A DNA stretch of 64,000 bases. It comes from an uncultured Chlamydiae bacterium (GTDB lineage: Bacteria > Chlamydiota > Chlamydiia > Chlamydiales > Parachlamydiaceae). A program made the translations under genes and the position numbers. Below, piece after piece: positions 59,191 through 64,000 of the stretch. The stretch's first letter is position 1. Every line of letters starts with the position of its first letter. Below the pieces are notes generated by a model that did not search any database, was not told the DNA's origin, and was given only the letters and a program-made list of their open reading frames with translations. The stretch is from contig CAWHMU010000033.1 of the NCBI GenBank assembly GCA_963830365.1, positions 1 to 64,000 on the forward strand, given 5' to 3'.

Positions 59191-59837
59191 GGACAGCCAT
59201 AAGTTTTTATGAGTTTGATCTTTCCTTATATTCAATGGAAAGTGCTTTGCGCCTATTAGCTGCGGAGGAACTGAAGCGCCTTGCGGAATATCACCCTGGG
59301 GTAATTCAGTGCAGATTTGCAATTGGACGAGGTCTGCTGCGTGCCGTGTTGGGGCAGTGGTTGGGTGCCGATCCAAGGGCTGTGCAAATTCGCCATGGAA
59401 CCTATGGAAAGCCGGAAACCAATGGGGTTTTTTTCAACCTCAGCCATGCGGAGGAGAAAATGATTTTGGCTCTTAGCCACCAAGGACCTGTTGGCGTGGA
59501 TATGGAAAAATATGATGAAAGCGCCTGGTCAGAAGAGCTCGAGGATGCTCTTTTGTCGACGGAGGAGAGATTGAATCTTGCTGCCATGCCACCGCAGCAA
59601 AGGAAATATTATTTTTTTTCTCTATGGACAATGAAAGAAGCATATCTAAAGGAGAAGGGGTGTGGGTTGATTTCAGATTTAAAAGAGGTCGATACAAAGA
59701 ACCTCAGTCAGCATACACACTGGATGTCTCTTCCCGTAGAAGCTCCCTATATAGCCTATTTAACAACATCTTATGAGGTATCACATGTCATCAAGTTTGA
59801 GTCTTGCAACCCATACATCGAAGCCAGAATGGCCTAA
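59187..59837 (+). CDS. Sfp-type 4'-phosphopantetheinyl transferase
   Basis: YGKP, FNLSH, VGVDME, WTMKEAYLK..G.G; ATGA overlap with the NRPS stop. Confidence 0.93.
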   Translation: MRTAISFYEFDLSLYSMESALRLLAAEELKRLAEYHPGVIQCRFAIGRGLLRAVLGQWLGADPRAVQIRHGTYGKPETNGVFFNLSHAEEKMILALSHQGPVGVDMEKYDESAWSEELEDALLSTEERLNLAAMPPQQRKYYFFSLWTMKEAYLKEKGCGLISDLKEVDTKNLSQHTHWMSLPVEAPYIAYLTTSYEVSHVIKFESCNPYIEARMA

Positions 59838-60546
59838 AATTACGATTCTGTATGACAACCGCAAAGCAAATGCAGAGCTTAAAGAAGGTTTTGGATTTTC
59901 CTGCTTCATCGAGTGGAATGGACGGAAGATCCTATTCGATACGGGAGGCAAAATCAACGCCTTTTTTGATAATGCCGAAAAGCTTAAAGTTCCTCTTGAA
60001 AAAGTGACAAGTGTCGTTTTCTCTCACCATCATTGGGACCATACTGCCGGGATCGAGCAGGTGTTAAATAGAGTCCCCTTATTGACCAAAGTCTATCTCC
60101 CCGATCCTTTTTCTTCTACGTTAGAGGGGAAGATCCCCCATCAGGTCCAAGTCAAAAAGGTCGCGGAATTCGAAAAGATTGACGAGGAGGTCTACCTGCT
60201 TGTTCAAAGTGGAGGTTATTGGCTTAGCACGATTTATGAACAGGCAATCCTGCTGAAAACACCTAAAGGTGTGGTCATCGTAACCGGTTGTGCACATCCA
60301 GGGATTATCAACATCATCCAAGAAACTCAGAAGAGGCTCGGCAAAGTGCATATGGTCATCGGCGGCTTTCATCTCCATCACAAATGGAGCTGCAGCTCTG
60401 CCAAAATTGTGAAGAAATTTCAAGAACTCGGCGTAGAGAAAGTCGCGCCCTGCCATTGCGCTGGTGATACAGCCATCGCCCAATTCGAAGAAGCATACAA
60501 GGTTAACTTCCTCCGGATTGGCACAGGCAGTGTTATTGAAGTTTAA
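59785..60546 (+). CDS. MBL-fold hydrolase
   Basis: LFDTG, SHHHWDH, TGCAHPG, GGFH, PCHC; overlaps the PPTase 3' end. Confidence 0.88.
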   Translation: MSSSLSLATHTSKPEWPKITILYDNRKANAELKEGFGFSCFIEWNGRKILFDTGGKINAFFDNAEKLKVPLEKVTSVVFSHHHWDHTAGIEQVLNRVPLLTKVYLPDPFSSTLEGKIPHQVQVKKVAEFEKIDEEVYLLVQSGGYWLSTIYEQAILLKTPKGVVIVTGCAHPGIINIIQETQKRLGKVHMVIGGFHLHHKWSCSSAKIVKKFQELGVEKVAPCHCAGDTAIAQFEEAYKVNFLRIGTGSVIEV

Positions 60547-60729
60547 GTTCAATGAGGCTGGATAAAATTACGAGGCCGCCTACATGCTCGAATGCTAGAA
60601 TGCTTAGCCCCCGATGGAGAGAAGACCTAAGTCTCCTAAAATTCGGGCGCGGGAATGTAATTTTAGTTTGGCTTCTGAATCCAAGCAATGCTCGGCGTCG
60701 GGCTCTGTGGTGTTTGACTATGTCAGCCT

Positions 60730-61806
60730 CTACAGCCTGGCGAAGCGCCAGCCGAAGAAGGCGAAGAAACAGCTGAAAGGCAGCCAGATGGCGATGGCCG
60801 GGGCGAGCACCTGCCGTTCGCCCAAGACGACGGCGGCATCCATGGTGAGGTAGAAGGCCACCAGGCCGAAGAGGCTGGCGGTATAGATGAAAAATACCGG
60901 TAGGCCGCGGCTGAAGCGTGTGCAGAAAGGGGCGGGGGCAATGACGGCCAAAAGGCACAGCCAGGGAAGGGCTAGCTTGTAGTAGTAGGCTGTGAGCAGG
61001 CGGGCTTCCTTTTCGCTTAAGGGCTGGCCGTGCGCCGGCAGCTTCTGGCTTAAGGTGGAGATGGCGTAGTCGCCTGGCGAGGTGACGGCATCAAGCAGCT
61101 TGGTCCGGTTGAAGTGGATCTCGGGAAAGGCTTTTTGATCCAGAAATTCCGTCACCAGCATTGCGCCTTCGGCATTGCGCTGTAGATGTTCGATAGAAGT
61201 TCCTAGAGGTGTAGCTGTAGACAGCGAAAGATTCTTAATGCGGTAGATATCGTCGATGGAACGCACCCAATAGGCGTCGAAAAGGCTTTCGCTGCTTTCG
61301 TCATAGTTTTGGAAGATCAATGAAGAGTTGTCTTCAAGCGCCAGCTGCTGGATATAGGGATGGTGGTGTTTTTTTTGCTTGGCTTTGGCGCGGCTTTGGT
61401 CGCGCTGCTTATGGTATTTCAAAGCCTTGGGCTGCAGCACTTCGCTATTGAAGTAGATCAGGGCGGTGAAACATAGGCCGAAAGCTACGAACGGCCAAAG
61501 CAGGCGCTTTAGCCTGATGCCGCCGGCCATGAGGGCGACAAGTTCGTTATGGGCATTCAAAGTGCATAATGTCTTGATGCAGGCGATCAGGATGGCAAAG
61601 GGGATCAGCACATCCATGCGCGTGATGAATTCATAGCCGTAGAAACTTGCCACATCGAAAAAGGTGAAGCGATAATTCTGGAAGCTGCGCGAATGCGTGG
61701 AGTAGTCGATAAGCACATACAGGGCATAAAATCCGAACAGAAAAAGAATGAAAACCTTGATGATTTCTTTTAAAAAATAGCGTTCCCAAATCGTTTTAAA
61801 TGGCAT
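60730..61806 (-). CDS. lptG: LptF/LptG-family permease (LptG)
   Basis: YFLKE, NELVALMAGGI, C-terminal AIWLP; paired with the upstream paralog. Confidence 0.85.
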   Translation of the reverse strand: MPFKTIWERYFLKEIIKVFILFLFGFYALYVLIDYSTHSRSFQNYRFTFFDVASFYGYEFITRMDVLIPFAILIACIKTLCTLNAHNELVALMAGGIRLKRLLWPFVAFGLCFTALIYFNSEVLQPKALKYHKQRDQSRAKAKQKKHHHPYIQQLALEDNSSLIFQNYDESSESLFDAYWVRSIDDIYRIKNLSLSTATPLGTSIEHLQRNAEGAMLVTEFLDQKAFPEIHFNRTKLLDAVTSPGDYAISTLSQKLPAHGQPLSEKEARLLTAYYYKLALPWLCLLAVIAPAPFCTRFSRGLPVFFIYTASLFGLVAFYLTMDAAVVLGERQVLAPAIAIWLPFSCFFAFFGWRFARL

Positions 61807-61819
61807 GGATTTTTTTCCC

Positions 61820-62965
61820 TTATTCTATTCCATGCGCTATTCTGCGCAAGGCCAGCATTGAAGCTGTGCAGATGATGACGTGGGGCACAAGATATAGCAG
61901 GCTGGCGCCAAGCAGGGCATGGTCGAAGCTTTTGGCGGCAAAAAAAGTGATCAAATACAGCGATGTCAGCACGATCACGACCAGCAGGCCGCGGCTGGAG
62001 CGCTTTCGGCTGATGCTGATGCCAAAGGCTACGCCCATCAACGTAAAGCTGAATACGGCCAGGGCCACCGAAAAGCGTTTGAGGATCTCTGTATAGCAGC
62101 GGTTGAGGGTGTACAAGGCTTGCTTAATTTGGTCTTTGTCGGCAAAGGTGCGCGCATGCGCAAGTTCTGCGCGCGACTCGTCAAGACGCACCAGTAGCCG
62201 CGGCAGGGTCAAATGGTCATTGTTGATCGACCAGATCTTTTTTTCCAGCATCTGCGAGAAATCTTCGATGGTGGTGGTGGATTGCTGCATGTTTTCCACG
62301 ATGAGATTTTCAAAGTCCTGTTCGGATGATTGCTTCTGACCTGTCAGCAAGGTGACATACTGTCCGGAAAACATTTCCGGCGTAGCCTGCAATTGCCTGG
62401 CGACTAGCAGGTTGAGACGGTTGCTGTGCTTGCCGGGGGAAAGGAAAATGATATCTTTGGCAAATTCTCCTACGCGCGATGGTCCAAGCGTATCGAAATA
62501 AAACCCTTTGATTTGCATCACATGTTTATTCTGCAGCAGCAGCAGGGGGTTAATGGAGCGCAATTGGTTTTTCATCTGCCCCGTATGCAAATGTGCATTA
62601 GGGGAGAGCTCCGACATAATATAAAAATTTGCCGCCGAAAGAAAGCATGCCGCTAGCAGGACGGGAGCCAAAATATCGCGCAAAGCAAAGCCGCAGGCGC
62701 GCATGGCCGTCAGTTCATGGGAGTGGGAGAGATGCTGGACGAGCAGGATCGAAGCTATTAAAGCCGCCACGGGCAGGGCGATGGGTAGGATATAGGGGAT
62801 CTGCTGCAGGATGAACCATACGATGTGCTCAGCTTGCGGACCGAGTGTTGCGAAATAGGCGATTTCATCCAGACGCATAGTCAGCAAAATGGCGATAAAG
62901 GTCACCACGCATAGCACGAAGGTCTTCAAATAGTGACTGAGTAGATAGCGCCACAGCAGGGGCAT
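61820..62965 (-). CDS. lptF: LptF/LptG-family permease (LptF)
   Basis: LWRYL, IPYILPIALP, ELTAMRACG. Confidence 0.85.
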   Translation of the reverse strand: MPLLWRYLLSHYLKTFVLCVVTFIAILLTMRLDEIAYFATLGPQAEHIVWFILQQIPYILPIALPVAALIASILLVQHLSHSHELTAMRACGFALRDILAPVLLAACFLSAANFYIMSELSPNAHLHTGQMKNQLRSINPLLLLQNKHVMQIKGFYFDTLGPSRVGEFAKDIIFLSPGKHSNRLNLLVARQLQATPEMFSGQYVTLLTGQKQSSEQDFENLIVENMQQSTTTIEDFSQMLEKKIWSINNDHLTLPRLLVRLDESRAELAHARTFADKDQIKQALYTLNRCYTEILKRFSVALAVFSFTLMGVAFGISISRKRSSRGLLVVIVLTSLYLITFFAAKSFDHALLGASLLYLVPHVIICTASMLALRRIAHGIE

Positions 62966-63157
62966 TTGTATTGTTCCTAACTTCATGCATGGTTTGGGAT
63001 TAGACTTCCAGCCAGTCCCAAATCTTTATATTCCATAATATTAATCTAGTAATACGATACAATAAATCGCCTATTTGTTACAATGCAACTCATTGGATCT
63101 ATAGGGTGTGCTGAGTAAAATTAATGACAATGGCTTGCATTATTAGCCTAAGTTTGA

Positions 63158-63318
63158 CGCAAAGGAACTAACAGCCAAGAGGTGCAAAGGTGCAAAGGCG
63201 CAAAGAGCGCCCATATAGCCAAGTTTATACCTGGTATACATGAGGTGTGGCTTGTCAGCTAAATTTGTTTTGCCGCTGGTTACTTTGCGTCTCTGCACCC
63301 CTGGCTGTGCCTTTGCGT
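63158..63318. repeat. ACGCAAAG-type palindromic intergenic repeat
   Basis: ACGCAAAGG..ACAGCCA.GAGGTGCA..GCAAAG pairs with CTTTGCGTCTCTGCACCCCTGGCTGTGCCTTTGCGT. Confidence 0.65.
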
Positions 63319-63345
63319 GGAATTTATTTTATATATAAAAAATAT

Positions 63346-63687
63346 ATGCAAAAAATCTGGTATATCAAAATTGACGGGCAGCGCGAAGGGCCGCTTTCTG
63401 TCAGCGACCTCAAGCGCGACCGCCGGCTTACTCCCGATACGCTCGTTTGGAAGGAGGGTTTTAAGGACTGGCAGCCCATGCGCGAGGTGCCTGAGCTCAA
63501 AGAAGTCTTTGAGGATGAAAATCCGCCGCCAAAACTATCCCCCCAAGATTTATTGCAGGGCAAGCCTGCGCTGCCTGACGATGAGTTGATACTCGATTTC
63601 GGGCAGGAACCGCCCTACCTGTTCTGGCTGCTTGCCGCCCTGCTGGCAGTGATGTATATGCTGCAAAAACTGTATTGGCCAAGATGA
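63346..63687 (+). CDS. GYF-like (DUF4339) domain membrane protein
   Basis: WYIKIDGQREGP...LTPDTLVWKEGFKDW....VPEL; C-terminal TM. Confidence 0.85.
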   Translation: MQKIWYIKIDGQREGPLSVSDLKRDRRLTPDTLVWKEGFKDWQPMREVPELKEVFEDENPPPKLSPQDLLQGKPALPDDELILDFGQEPPYLFWLLAALLAVMYMLQKLYWPR

Positions 63688-64000
63688 ACGACGTCTTAAC
63701 ACCGCCTGTCTTTGGATTCCTGAAGCGCCATCATGACAAAGCACGCCCGCTGCTGCTGGCTTTTTCCGGCGGTCCCGACTCCTTGGCCTTATTGCATGTG
63801 CTGCTAGCCTATCGCAAGGCATATCCGCTTTCACTGGCATTGGCGCATGTCGACCATGGCTGGCGCTCAGAAAGCGCCCATGAGGCCGAGTCCATTGCAA
63901 AGATGGGCAAAGAACTAGCGGTGGAGGTGCATATCAAGCGCTTGCAACCCGATGCCATGAAAGGCAATCTGGAAGCTGCCTGCCGGCAGGAGCGGTTGGA
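63684..64000 (+). CDS. tilS: tRNA(Ile)-lysidine synthase, 5' part (runs off window)
   Basis: Read manually: ...LLAFSGGPDSLALL...AHVDHGWR...NLEAACRQER. Confidence 0.93.
   Translation, partial: MNDVLTPPVFGFLKRHHDKARPLLLAFSGGPDSLALLHVLLAYRKAYPLSLALAHVDHGWRSESAHEAESIAKMGKELAVEVHIKRLQPDAMKGNLEAACRQERL

Overview
64-kb chromosomal window from an environmental chlamydia (Parachlamydiaceae-like). This is inferred from the chlamydial gene orders xerC-rnz-lon / tsaB-rpsU-dnaJ, comEC-SMI1/KNR4-hprK-ptsH-ptsI and lptFG-tilS, plus many eukaryotic-like effector genes. Accessory material interrupts this backbone. (1) A complete 10-kb Tn3-family transposon (36-bp TIRs, ATTCA TSD) carries an intact Tet(56)-like tetracycline-destructase-type flavin monooxygenase, a nested IS21 and a decayed peptidase. 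(2) An IS110 element is inserted at a CT core inside a palindromic MITE. Its downstream non-coding end contains two hairpin-adjacent 7-nt segments complementary to its own junctions (bridge-RNA candidate). (3) A bimodular NRPS (A[Ser]-T-Cy-A[Cys]-T-TE) with PPTase and MBL-fold hydrolase sits next to apbE, an unannotated 58-aa exported peptide with a flavinylation-like motif, and a signal-peptide-bearing nitroreductase. (4) mntR is divergent from an internally duplicated Inc-like membrane protein, with tandem palindromic operators between them. (5) Candidate effectors include ankyrin-CaaX, RING, F-box/DUF4116, deamidase-like and SH2-like proteins. Also present: a RelE-type TA pair, tRNA-His, an orphan 5S rRNA and several dispersed palindromic repeat families. 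All family assignments come from motif recognition by eye; no searches were run.
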